Origin: Takakia lepidozioides
Taxonomy: Eukaryota > Plantae > Bryophyta
Length of the DNA: 25,000 nt
Reading direction: 5' to 3'
NCBI GenBank assembly: GCA_030704615.1
Contig: JAKLZA010000098.1
Location: forward strand, 1 to 25,000
Shown: piece after piece, positions 9,399-21,329 of the stretch
Layout of the letters: every line of letters begins with the position of its first letter
How positions within the stretch are numbered: position 1 is the stretch's first letter
Notes under the pieces: generated by a model
Database searches by the model: none
Seen by the model: only the letters and a program-made list of their open reading frames with translations
Told to the model about the DNA's origin: nothing
Translations under genes and position numbers: made by a program

Positions 9399-12300
9399 TC
9401 AGAACTGGCGCTCGTAGACATTTCGTACACCATCCAGGAGAGGGCCAGGATTCAAGAACCTATCATTGCACTTCCCCTTGACATCCCAGAGCATGCTGGT
9501 ATAGCCCTCTGCAGCAGTACTGTGGTCAAACAGTAGTTTCGAAAGCCACTCCTTTCGTGTTGACGAGTCATGCATTTTCGTCTCTTCCTGCGTGTCCGCA
9601 GCAACCAGACGGTAAACTACAACCCTTTTCTGCTGTCCGATGCGGAAAGCTCGGCTGATTGCCTGCCGAGAAACTGCTGGATTCCAGGGAACTTCTAGCA
9701 GCACCACTCTGGAGGCCCCAATCAGTGAAATTCCCTCCCCACATGCCTTTATAGAAGCGCACAGAACCCGGGCTTCAGAGCCCGTGTTGAAATGATCCAT
9801 CCTTTCCTCCCTCTCCTCTGGCTGGAGTTTCCCATCCAGCCTTATAATCTGCACCCCTCTGCTCCAGCCTGTGCGCCGACTTATCATATTTTCAATCAAC
9901 TTAAGGCAGTAGAGATATTCACTGAAAATAAGTAGCTTCTCCCCTGCGGCCTCACACAAGCCCACCAGATCAAGGACCCACCGTAGTTTCACGCCCTCTC
10001 TGATGTTAATGTCACCATTCAACCTCGGATCATCCTGGGTCCTTCTGTGATTCTCAACTTCTTTTTCCAAAATGGGGTGTACGTAGATTGCCGCAGCTCG
10101 CTTTTGCAGATAGTCCTTGTTTTCGTTCTTTTCTGACAACGCAAGCAAACGCTGCTGTATCGGGGTGAGATGAACCATAATGGTGAAGTCTGAAATGCCT
10201 GGCAAAGAGCTCAAGACTTGGCCTTTGTGCCACAACACAAAAGGAGAAATCATCGCCCGTAGCTGCAGCACAGTTTTCATGACAACTTCTGGATTCTTAC
10301 TCTCAATCCTCTCCACAATTACGTATTTAAAATATTGCCTCCCAACATCTCCCCCCTGCTTTTTGGAGTGGGGTGTACTCAACTGGGGGGCAGCTTGCCG
10401 CATGAAATCAGGTCTGACCAGCTCCAGGGTATTGTAGAATTCCTCAAAGTTGTTATTGAAAGGTGTGCCAGACAATAGCACCTTTCGCTTGGTGCGTACC
10501 TGCGTAAGGGCTTTCAAAATTTTCGTATCACTCGTTCTTGCCAAGTGTCCTTCATCAAGGATAAGCAACCCAGGGCCCTCTGTAAGCAGCTTGCCAACCT
10601 CACCACCCATATTTGTGAATTGGGAGTAACCTACTAGGAGGACACTTTTGCTCTGCTGCCATTTCTGAAGCATGTTCAACTGGTTATCTACAGAACTATT
10701 TGCTTCATACAAGACAAAGGTGGGTATGTGCTCTACTTCCCATTTCTTGAACTCTCGAACCCATGGGAAAAGCATTCCCTTGGGTGCCACTATCATGGGC
10801 TTTGCATCTGGTTTCTTAGTCAAGAAACTTTGAAGAAAGCTAATGATCAGAAAACTCTTACCAGTTCCTGGTGCAAATGCAAGCATGCAACCACCTGCAT
10901 CCTGTTCTACCAGATTTCTAGACAGGAACCTAAACCCTTCTCTCTGATGGGGGTGCATGACCTCTTCCAATGTAGGGTGCACCTTCAATTCAGGTGTACC
11001 TTCTAATCTCTCTTCTGGTTCCTCACTACCAATAGTGTCACCCCAAATCAAATCACGCCCCAATGGCCCTGCGTGCCCACTGTTGTTCCTTGTCTGACGC
11101 TGCAGCATCCAAGAACACAATGTTGATTTAGTGCATGTACAAAGGGACTTACTTCTAAACAGATATCGTTGACCACCTGGAGTTAGGTAGCATGATCTTT
11201 CTTGAATCTCCAATAAGCAGTAGACCTCTCTCACATGAATACTTGAACCGAGCTAAGGGGCAGAGGTGACTTAAGAAGAACTAAACAGGGCTTGTCTGCA
11301 CTGTCTCCAAACACCCTGGAGCTTTGGATGATAACACTTACAGAAAGACCTGCTCCAGGTGAGAATAATGTTGATGGCCTTGCCTATGACATGTCTCAAA
11401 CCTGTGGTGCCACCGTTAGATGTCTACTTTCTTCTATGTTCTCCTTGTACAAGATATGACTGGTACAACCCAAGTTACTTTTCTTCCACTGATGTGTGCT
11501 GGGGTGGTCAGGTGCTACTGTATTAGTAGTTTTGCTGAGAGCTCTTAGAGCTCTGCAGCATCCCCAGACCCTAGCCACCAGAAACAATCGGGCAAAAAGA
11601 AACCTTGATAATTGGAAATAAACCCTGTCCCACCTTCTCCTGTCAGTAACAAACAACAAGTACAAGCAGGTATGAGGGACATACAGGCTTGCGCCAAAGA
11701 AATGACATGTGCTCAATATGTTCGCGAATGAGACCACAGTGAGTACACGCCCTGCCCACCTCCAGTGTCAGCACAAAGCTGTGTGTGCACCCTTCATCCC
11801 TTTGTTCCTCCACTACATGTTTGTTGTCCTGTGTCCATCAGACTACCACTTCGTAAGGAGGATAAGAACAAGGAAGGAAGAAAAGAAGAAGGCAAATGGG
11901 AAGGAGGAAATGCCTAGCCCCCAGGCCCAGAGGTCCTCCGGACACAGTAGAACTACAAGACAAAAACAAGAGAGCCTCAGTGAAAGCCAGAGAGAGAGAG
12001 AGAAAGAGCAATCATTTAGGTAATTGGATACAATTCTGAAGAACCTTAGAAGGAAGCATTCCAGAATTGGGGTTTTCCCAGAACACTTTGAAGAAAATGA
12101 GGGCTGTGTGCACCTCAAACTGTTGCGAGATTGCCAATTCTTTCCACATATCCTCCAGGGGGTCCACCTCGCAGTCAGGCTCTGTTTCATGGTCGCTAGG
12201 GTCTTCTTCAAGCTCATAATCAGAAAAAGGATCTCCATGGTCTGACGTCTTCCCCTCTAATAGCTCAGGACTTGGTGAGGAAAGATCCACTATTTCATGA

Positions 12301-12995
12301 ACTTTCTGTTGGTCCAGTTGAATATACACTGGACTAGATTGGAGAGGTGCCATTGCGAAATGCGCCACTGGTTTTGATTTTAGAGGTGTCACTGGAGACC
12401 CTTGCACGGATTGTAGCGGTGTCACTGCCATTGGAGAATCCGAGTAAAGTTCTGGTGGTGCATTGGGAATCTGTAAAGCTGGGAGACCTTTGTCTCCATT
12501 GCAGACTGCGAGATCCGTTCCATACGAGAATTTGGGGCTTGGTATCGGTCTGATTCCGAGTAAATCCAATGCTCTTTGACAGTCCTCCACAGAATCTTTG
12601 GCTCTACTCATGGCTTTTGCGATAGTACTATGCATTGAACCGTACCGACCTTGGTCCACAGGCGTCCGCGTTCGCTTGGGCGGGGGAGAAGCTGTGCAAA
12701 GCGCGAACCAGTTAGAATACATTGATTCCTCTTGCAGTTCATGTTCATGATCGGATTTCCAACGGGCATTGACCTTGGCCACCATCTTCTTTGTCAGCTC
12801 CGTTAATACTTCATACATACCCACCATATATATACTTTGGTGACAGGCTCAAGACCTCATTTGCTTACCAGCATCTTCCATGCTTGGAACATTGCAGGGA
12901 ACAGGCTGTTGAGCTGTGTTATTGAAGAGTTCACAAGCCACAAGAGCTCCTCGTTCAGTCTTTCCTCTCTGGCGTTTCCTGCCTCTGACCTTCAT
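9399..12995 (-). CDS. DRD1: DRD1/CLSY-family SNF2 chromatin remodeller (RdDM), about 849 aa; exons 12995-12869, 12691-12114, 11828-11685, 11099-9399
   Basis: SNF2 motifs PHQREGF, APGTGKS, LILDEGH, LSGTPFNNN, ASIKACGEGISLIGASRVV and WNPAVSRQAISRAFRIGQ. DRD1-type N-terminal elements GRYGS, DPLEDMWKEL and CTHSF...GRACTHCGLI. All introns are GT-AG with consistent phases; total 2550 nt. A 5' UTR intron (13212-12996) ends just before the ATG. DRD1 versus CLSY assignment is by motif recall. Confidence 0.85.
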
Positions 12996-13274
12996 CTGCC
13001 ACCATTCCTCCAAGGAAATTGTCAGGAATTAGAAAGTCTCCCTGGCTTGAGAAGGAACACAGATGACTTCACAGCATCACATTTCCAGCCAATTCATCAA
13101 CAAATCCAACATCGTCTCCAAGATTATGCAAAGTCTATCGCTACCTCAAGAAGATTGAAATTCAGCTTCACATTTCCAAATAATCCATACACTCAAGATT
13201 AAAGACGCTTACCGCTCCCTCTAGAATGTGCAAACTCCCAAGAATTGAAGTCTAGGGCACCGCCAGAATAAACA

Positions 13275-13545
13275 GTCACAATACAGCCTCTCCCCCCACC
13301 CCTCCTCCTTCCCCTCCAAAGAATGACCCGAATCCGAGATACTGCCTCCCTTCGTCCTTCCTTCCCTTCCTCTCAATCAAATAACCCGTAAACAGACAAT
13401 CAACGAGCGTCGACAATCACAATTACGCCTGTCTGTCTCCTCTTCCTCCTCCAAAGAATGACCTGCAGCACAGACCCTCGACGACATTGCCTTCCTACCT
13501 CCCTCCCTCCGCTCCTCTCAATCAATCGACCTGTAGAGACACTCT
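13275..13545. repeat. Degenerate two-copy tandem duplication (period about 135-145 bp)
   Basis: cctccaaagaatgacc at 13313 and 13448; cctctcaatcaa at 13369 and 13514; similar C/T-rich flanks. Confidence 0.7.
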
Positions 13546-14357
13546 TGAGCCAATTCCCGCCGCAGCAGGCAAATTTCAAACAATGCAGCAATTCTGTGCT
13601 GCTACACACTCCCTATAATCCCCAGAAACGATCTCCGGTGCAAACATTACAGCTTCTCTCTCTGCAGGGTAGGAGGCGATTGGACACGCTGTTCGATGCC
13701 ATCGTAATCGCAAAGCCCGCCTCGCGCCGTCTCTCCTCCGTCCCTGTCACGCCCGCCATCACCCTCACCCTCCCTGTCCCCCTCCTGCGTGTACCGGTTT
13801 GCTTTCCTCTTCCTTCACATATACATATTATGATTACACACGTACGTACAAACCCGGGCCGAGAACACATTCATCCATGCAGAGGATTATGCATCCAAAT
13901 CCAATAACATTCATCCATAAAAAGTCCCTTCGCTAAACTCAGTACAAACCGATTACGGGATACATTGACTTTCATCCCGACGATGCCAAAGCATATTTCA
14001 TTCAAACACAACAACATTCATCCATTTTCAAACATGCGGGTTTAGTATCTAGACCATATCTACATAAGTCTATTCCATCTCAAAGAATTTTGCGGTGCAA
14101 AGCCTCACTCCACTCCGGATGACTTTTAGGGCTGGCTAAGCTGAGTGATGACGATCTGCACTGGGAGCTACTACTACACCTTGTTATTGATTGATATAAA
14201 AGCTTGCTGTAGCTAGCACACTCATTCTCCCTTTCATGGGAGGGACAAGGGTCACACTTTGGCAAACGCGACAGTTTATGACACTCAAACTTTTGCAAAG
14301 GCGTCCATGCTCAAGGTTGAAGACGTTGCTGCTTGTTCTTTACCAGACGCCTTCGCC

Positions 14358-17300
14358 TCAGAGCTCCCACTTCTTCATTTCCATGCCTGAAGGGGCACTC
14401 CCTTCAATTTTCTTGGTGCCAACCTCCTTCCAGTTGGTAGATAGAACAGTGCCATTTGACTCCACCTGTAGAGAAAGCAGACCATGAATGAAGAAGTTAT
14501 ATTGCCAGATACGGAAGGTTGAAGGTGGAAGCTTGAAGCAAGACTAGCGACAGTGGGAAGCAAATTATTCTCACTAGCTGTTCTTAGATCATAGACTTCC
14601 CTAATTGCGGTCTCTACTTCCAACACTACATGAATCTAATACAACATTTGCTTGAAAAATAGTTTCCTTGAAATAAACCATAGACCCTGACGAGTAAGAG
14701 AAAACAGCCTTGTCGCAAGTAAGTATTGGGCTACAATGAAGAAAACACGAAAGAGACAGTTGATGTAAGTTACTTCCTGACTGTCTATAGCCTGGAGAGT
14801 CCCGTTGAATGAATTTGGCTATGCTCCTCCGTGAGTACCAGTGTCGAGCTTACCAGGTACCCGTGAATAGAAGGATGAGAGGGACTTACAAAAGACTTGT
14901 TCATGGCTCGCCGTGTATCCTCATCAGCGTTTTGGTAGATCTCACGGAACAGCTTGTTCAATGCTGCATCCCCTTCTAGCTTTTCATCCTTTTCCTGCAG
15001 TGTAAGGGAGGGAAAGACCATCAGTCAAAAATAGTCTGTGCACACAAGACCACGAGCATCTGGATACAAAGGTCTACACCTAGATCCTCTCAAATCACAG
15101 AGACCAAGGGCACTCACAAACAAGAATATACTCGTCACAAATCAGGAAAAGCCAAACATACACAGGGAACAACATTGTACTGTCAACGGAGCCCAACAAA
15201 GGCAAAAATCATGACTGAAAAGACGGGTCACTTTCAAGCAGCGAGAGAGAGATCCACCTCCTTCTTTGCTTCAGCCTCCAGCTTGTCCCAGTCCTTGGCT
15301 GGCGTTTTACTGGATGTTGGGTACTTGGTGGCCTTGCTCTCCACAGGTTCTGTGATATTGGTGCACCACCTTCAATGTGAGGAATGCAATAGAGATCCTT
15401 GCTACTTTTACTTGGAGGAAAAAGAGCCACAGAGTGAACCAGCGACAACAGACAGAGAAGGGGAATAAACCTTTTGGCACAGCCAAGGGCTGCAACAATA
15501 CATGCTCCTTGGGGTCAAACTCAAGCTGCTTCCACTGGATGCTCTCTACCTTGGCAAGCTTTATCTCCACTTTGGTACTCAACAAAGTATGTCTGCATTG
15601 TGGTGGAATCACCTGCACAGTTTGGTCCAGGATAACATGTTCAGCGTCATCACCATATCTGAAGCGGCAAACATCTCCCTCCCTGGTGGTTTTATTGGTT
15701 TCCATGGTTGTCTGTGATTCTGTGGTGTCCAAATTCTGGCCCATGGACCTTGACTGGACATAGATTTCTGTCATGTGCACTCTTCGTCTCATGCCCATCC
15801 CGACTGCCACACACTGGTCACCCGACAGCTACATAGCAAAGTGCGCATGCACAGAGACGTCTGGAGCAGCTGAGCACCTCCAATTGGAAGCATCCACTCT
15901 TCCAGCACTTCTACCAGCTCCTCCATCCTCTTTGCAACACCCCACCCCTGTCAGGTGCTACAGAGCTTATTGAGCACACACAGTTGTCTCCCTCCCTCCC
16001 TTAACCTACTAAGTGAAAAACCCTCTTGAACAATCAGTTTTTTCAAGGAAAGTACATAAAGGCAAACTTTCACAGGCAAAGGACAATCAGAACGTTTTCT
16101 TCGTAACCAACCATCCTCCTGCAATTCTAGACAAAGATAGGCATATAGACCGTGAACCCAAAACTTACAGAAAGGTTATTGATGATCACACAGAATTGGA
16201 GCTGAAATGTACCTTACCAAACAGCCGAAGTTGCAAAGCATAAGGTTCTTCGTGTCCAGTATTGATGACCACACTCAGCTGGCAACACCACCCATATACA
16301 AAGGATTAATGCAGTTCTAGAATGAATGTCACCTGCCAAGGTATATATCTACAAAACCATAAAATGTGATTGGAGCCGATAACAAAGTTAAGGGGAGAAA
16401 AACTAACAAAAACAAAAAAACGTGGAGACACATACAGAAGGAAAGAAGCCATAGGAGCGACACCTACTATCTGCTCTCCAAAGTCGACCTGGAGATTCTC
16501 TGCTTTGATGCCCTTAGCAAATATCCCGACCACCACGTGACTTGCAGTCTGATACCATTCATGCCTGCCAGACCACAGATAGCAGAACCAGGCTGATCAA
16601 CATCGATCCAAACTGACCAACGACAAACAAGAGCTCCTCAACACATCAACTATGCAAGGCTCTGCAGTTTATTCCTTCAATACTACAAGCAGCATGTCCC
16701 AGCAGAGCTCTGGCCTACCCCAATATCATTATCATCAGTCTGCCTGCGATCTTAAAATTGGACTGGCTAGCTGGACCACCATTTGATTAAAGGGAAGGAG
16801 GCTAGACAAAACACATGCATCAAGAAACTTCCCAAACTAAATGGTACCGGTATTCCGCGTATTCAAAAACCCAGATCAGAGCTGTTAACCACCCGCCAGT
16901 AGAAGGCACAATGTGCTGCGTTGAAAGACTTGGTCTGTAGAAAAATAGACACTTTTCATTCCTAAGTATAAAAATGAAAAACAAACGGCGAACATTATTA
17001 GAAGCAAAGAGACGATAATTATACTTGAATTTGGGTGGGCCAGGAGGTAGTGGGGCAACAGGAGCCAGCTCCACAGACTCATGCTTGACTGCTGCCGGGG
17101 GGCTCTCTGCAACAGTTTCCATCTGTGCTTGCTCATGACTGGTATCTGGGGCTGACACCGCTCCTGCATCTTTCCCAGCCAAATTGTCTTCCTCTGCAAG
17201 CCAATACAGCACATGAGTGGCCCTAATTCCCTGCATTTGTCCAACAAGACCATGTGGACCACGAAGGCTCATGCTCTCCCTTGACCCCTATCTAGCAGTA

Positions 17301-19079
17301 CAACGTTCCAGATTTGGTAGCCCTTCAGGGACTAGTCCAAAAGCACATGTAGATCACCAAGGCTCAGGTGTTCCATTGGGACGCTGGCTCACATGTATAT
17401 TCCCGAGAGAAAGTTTCATTGATGTCAAGTGTCTGAATTACACAGAACTACACATGAAAGGAAATAGAGATTTAGGACAGTCTAACATATATTAACACAC
17501 CAGTGCCCCCAAAAAGCCTCCCCTTCCCAGCCCTTCTGTCTCTTTTTCAGTCTATTGCTCCCTCTCTTCCCCTTTCATTGAAATATCCAATCCTCCTCAC
17601 CCAGGTTAACTGCATAAGCTTGTACTACAGTGTGAGTTCCCGTGGCTATGACTGGGCTCTGCCACTACAGGCAATAAGTGAAAAATCCTTGCTGTTTAAT
17701 GCCTTACACTGAACAAGAGGGATGGCTTCTTCTCTTTGATGAAACACAAGTGGATATTTTACCGCTCAATTCTGCATCACACTTCCGAATCCATGTCTTG
17801 AAGCCTGCATTATTCGGTTCGAGCTTAGATCCAGCCAAGAATGCCACCTTTGCAGTCTGGTACTCCTCCAATGAAAAGCAAGCAATGCTGTCCCCAACAT
17901 AGCACCACAACACAAATTCCTTTCTGTTCAATTCCTGATAGCAGATGATCTCATATAATCTCCATGCATTTGAAAGCCATATGAAAGATCCTGGGACCAA
18001 ACATTCACAGGTACATGCAAGCTTCTTGCAAGGCTACCCGAATGAATCAGCAGCAATGACCCACGAACCATTTGAACAACAAAGAGAACCTGGGAGGGCT
18101 TCAAAAAGACCTTGCCTCAGAAAAGGGTTTCTAAACCTGTGCACATATTTTGGGTACTCATCCAATATGTCAATCCCTGCAGAGTTACTACATACTAGAT
18201 ACTTGTATCAGGCTTGCGCGAGATGGAAAATAAGACAACCTGAAATGTATCTGATTACTTTTCTGGCCCTTCCAAGTGTACTAACACCATTTTCACTCTA
18301 CACCCTAAACCCAAAGAATGTACTCATAAGACGTTGTTTGCCGTAGCCTTGTGGCCATAGACCCCGCGCCCAGTCCTAAACCCAGAGAGAGAGAGAGAGA
18401 GAGAGAGTTCCAAAGCTATATGATTACTTCCACAATTACATCTTTTAAAGCGTCTGGATAATCATGGATAATCAGAGCACACAGGGTTCCTGAAAGTATA
18501 GCATCAAGCCAGAAGAGGCATTCACGGAATCCAGCTTTACCCTTTCCGCAGATATCCCTTGGGAAGGTTCGGATTCAACTCAATTGCTTTGTTCGCATCT
18601 GCCACCGCATCTGTTCCCAGACCATGTTTCATCTATCAAGCTCGCGAACAATTCACGGCCTTTCATTCTAGTTGCAGAGTTATCACGAGAACTTCACACA
18701 CGAGAACTTCACACAGCAACTTACAAAAGTCTTTCATTCAAACACTTGTTCTAAAGCAATCATACCTGATGTCCTTTGAGCCCTACATGACTAAATTATC
18801 TTACGAACGCTACAGCACGGAATACCAAAATCTGTACCAGAAGCCTGATCCCCCCATTCCTCCCATCATTCTACCCTTACGGATCTAATAAAACCAAACA
18901 AAACAAAACAGGACAGCACCTGTGAAATTTTCAAGCTTCGTGTGAGCTGCAGCACGGCTGATGTAGAGAGATGCATTGTAAGGCTCCAAGACTATCCCAT
19001 CCGTGTACAGGCTGACTGCCTCATCATAGTCCTCGTCCACAAAGGCAGCATGCCCTTTCTTCTCCAACTCGTCCGCCAT
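14358..19079 (-). CDS. SGT1: SGT1 (suppressor of G2 allele of SKP1) HSP90 co-chaperone, TPR-CS-SGS, about 377 aa; exons 19079-18920, 18610-18541, 17887-17763, 17193-17025, 16564-16468, 16278-16213, 15612-15471, 15349-15258, 14994-14890, 14465-14358
   Basis: TPR: [22 protein letters not shown]...DANKAIEL...GYLRKG. CS: KHEWYQT...IFAKGI...DFGEQILSV...[14 protein letters not shown]: DWDKLEAE...[15 protein letters not shown]...[26 protein letters not shown]...MEMKKWEL*. Ten GT-AG exons join in frame (1134 nt). Confidence 0.97.
18384..18407. repeat. (AG)12 microsatellite in SGT1 intron 2
   Basis: Perfect AG dinucleotide run of 24 bp. Confidence 0.95.
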
Positions 19080-19411
19080 GCTTTCTCTCTCTCCCTTTTC
19101 CCTCTCTCCCCGCGCAACCCTAATAACAACGGCAACCTGTCTCGTCTCCGTCCGTCGACGAAACACATATTTGTCGTTGCAATTTTCCGACGAAACATGT
19201 ACTTATCGTTACCGACGGCCGACAGAACAGACACAACAGACACTCGTCGATTCCAACCGTCGACTACAATTAACACTCGTTCATTCACTGGATGAATACT
19301 GTTGGGTTTGGGGTTTAGAGTTTAGGGTTTAGGGACGAGAAAAGGGAAGAGGAATAGGAAGCGAGGAGCGAGAGGGAGGGAGGGAGAAGGGAAGGGAAGA
19401 GAAAGAAAGCT
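19080..19411. promoter_or_regulatory. Bidirectional promoter and 5' UTRs shared by SGT1 and SCNM1-like, with telo-box motifs
   Basis: Divergent ATGs 332 bp apart and CpG-rich core. AACCCTAA at 19116-19123. TTTGGGG-TTTAGAG-TTTAGGG-TTTAGGG at 19307-19334. GA-rich leaders on both sides. Confidence 0.75.
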
Positions 19412-21282
19412 ATGAGTGTATACGGAGGAGATAGTTGGGTGCCAGAGACTGTGCACAGGAAGCGGCGGGTGGAGGAGCTTTTGAGCGATGGTGTGGACGA
19501 GAGGGAGGTGCGCAGGCTGCCCAACGGCCACTTTGCGTGCCTAGTATGCCCGCGGTGCCCCGTTCTTGATACTTTTCTCATGCTTTCTGTAAGATCATTT
19601 CTTTGTTCCATCCCCGTTGCCTTTATTGGTCGATTTGCGCTTTGCTGGGGTTATGATTCACACTAGCAAGAAAGACATGCATAAGAACCGTAGGAGGGTG
19701 ATCCATAAACTGGTGGATGGTGATGGTCCAAATCAAGTATGAGAAAGACCGAAAAGAGCATAGGACCTTTTCATCGGCAAGTGCAACTCATGTATCGTAA
19801 CAACAGTACTGCTATAGCAAATGCGAAGTATTTTCAAGGAAGAAGACTAAGAGAAAGAAAGAAGGATAAGATCAAAGCGGTGGATGTCTGTCTACCACCG
19901 ACACCAAACGTTTGGGTACAGGCGAACTGTATAGCTTCCCTCAAATTCATGTCGTTATGGATGCTCTTTCTTCAACAGATTCATGGGCAGCTATCCTGGA
20001 ATCCTTCAATCCTTCATAATTTCCTTGGGCCCCTCCCTACCGGTTTGAGTGTGAGGTTTTGGCCCACATGTGGTAGTTTGATGTACTTTCGAAATCCAGT
20101 GTGTTTTGTGGATAGTTTCAGTTCAAGAGTGTGAACCAAAAAAGAATTAGCACTTTCGCTCGCAGAAAATCCTATTGTGCTCAAAACGGCTGCTTTTGAA
20201 GGTCAAGTAAGGGAGGAGTTTTGCATTCACGAACAAGCCTGATCTCCTTCATGAATTGCTTACAGTGGAGAACATTGGATCATGAGCACCAGCTGTGCAC
20301 AAAAACTTTGTTGTGACATGGCTCTAACAGAACTACAGTAGCCTCTGATGATTGCCATCTGGTTCCTAGCAGATGCACAGGAATGGTGCACGGCATCGGG
20401 CAGCTGCCTTAAAGCTACAGGAAAAGGACTTTCGGTTGCAAAATCAGATCCAGAAAAGGAGAGCGATAGCTGCTTCCAGCACGGCTACACGTAATTGCAG
20501 TGGCCAAATTGCTCAGTCTTCTGATTGTCCCTCCCCTTACCCTATTTCCTCTCCCTTGCTAACAGCTACCCGGAAGCATACCACCCAGGCACTCGCATAT
20601 AACACCAAGGTGGGGACAGGGATTCAATGTTTACCTATTGTGCGTAATGCCACTTGCCCATCAGACAACGCCGGAGCAGTGCCTGAGCAAGGACAAAAGA
20701 GACAGCGGGACATTCCTTTCTTTTCACCTCTGTGTCCGAAGGGTGTGGGAAGGGCTGTCATAGAGAGCAAGGCCTCTACTCCTGAGTTGCAATATATGCA
20801 GAAGCAAAACTTGGGGAAGGCCTCCAGCTGCAGGCAGAAAAGAAAGACAGCCACTGTGTTTGTAAGGTCAGAAATGCCGGCGGCTTGTGCGGAAGAGCAG
20901 CAGCAGCTTCGAAAGCAGCGGGAACGTCAATTGCAATTACGAGAAGCAGGCTGGAGACGTGATGGTTTTGGAAACTGGTTCAAGGAGGAGAATGTATGTA
21001 CTGGGTGGAAGTTGATGCATACTAGTTTACTGTATCTGCCAGTTGGTCTGTGAGGAAGACAACCGTGGTAATTCTTGTTTAAGAATTCAGTTTCTTGCAC
21101 AATATAGGAGAGAATTGAGCAGACAACTCGAGTGTTGCTTTTTGTAGTCTTCTTGAATGACTAGGACACTTTTCTATACCATATCATTCAGGTGTATTTC
21201 TGGTAGCTGACTTGAAGTGGGTTGTGCCGGTTGACAGGTGGAGTTTGATTCTGATGAAGAAACTCCTGAGGGTGGGTCATGA
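19412..21282 (+). CDS. SCNM1: Sodium channel modifier 1 (SCNM1)-like zinc-finger splicing factor, about 280 aa; exons 19412-19588, 20373-20993, 21238-21282
   Basis: N-terminus MSVYGGDSW...RKRRVEELL, C2H2 finger FACLVCPRCPVLDTFLMLS|MHRNGARH, and acidic C-terminus LREAGWRRDGFGNWFKEEN|VEFDSDEE. Phase-0 GT-AG introns; 843 nt total. Confidence 0.9.
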
Positions 21283-21329
21283 CCTTCAAGATCATTTTGC
21301 CATAATCGACGAGCGATAGTCTGTATCGC

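Noticed and set aside
11100-11234. N-terminal part of the 611-aa ORF and the 12827 start of the 271-aa ORF
   Set aside because: Both lie in predicted introns of the DRD1-like gene (acceptors at 11100 and 12692).
13400-13907. ORFs 13458-13907, 13400-13609 and 13613-13870
   Set aside because: Low-complexity C/T-rich promoter or leader sequence with no recognisable domain.
18684-18713. 15-bp perfect tandem duplication cacgagaacttcaca in SGT1 intron 1
   Set aside because: Ordinary slippage duplication with no evidence of function.
19307-19334. Interstitial telomere or CRISPR-like array
   Set aside because: Only four degenerate heptamers in a promoter, better explained as telo-boxes. There is no repeat-spacer array anywhere and the DNA is eukaryotic.
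14358-21282. U12-type introns in SGT1 or SCNM1
   Set aside because: None of the modelled donors matches the RTATCCTT consensus.
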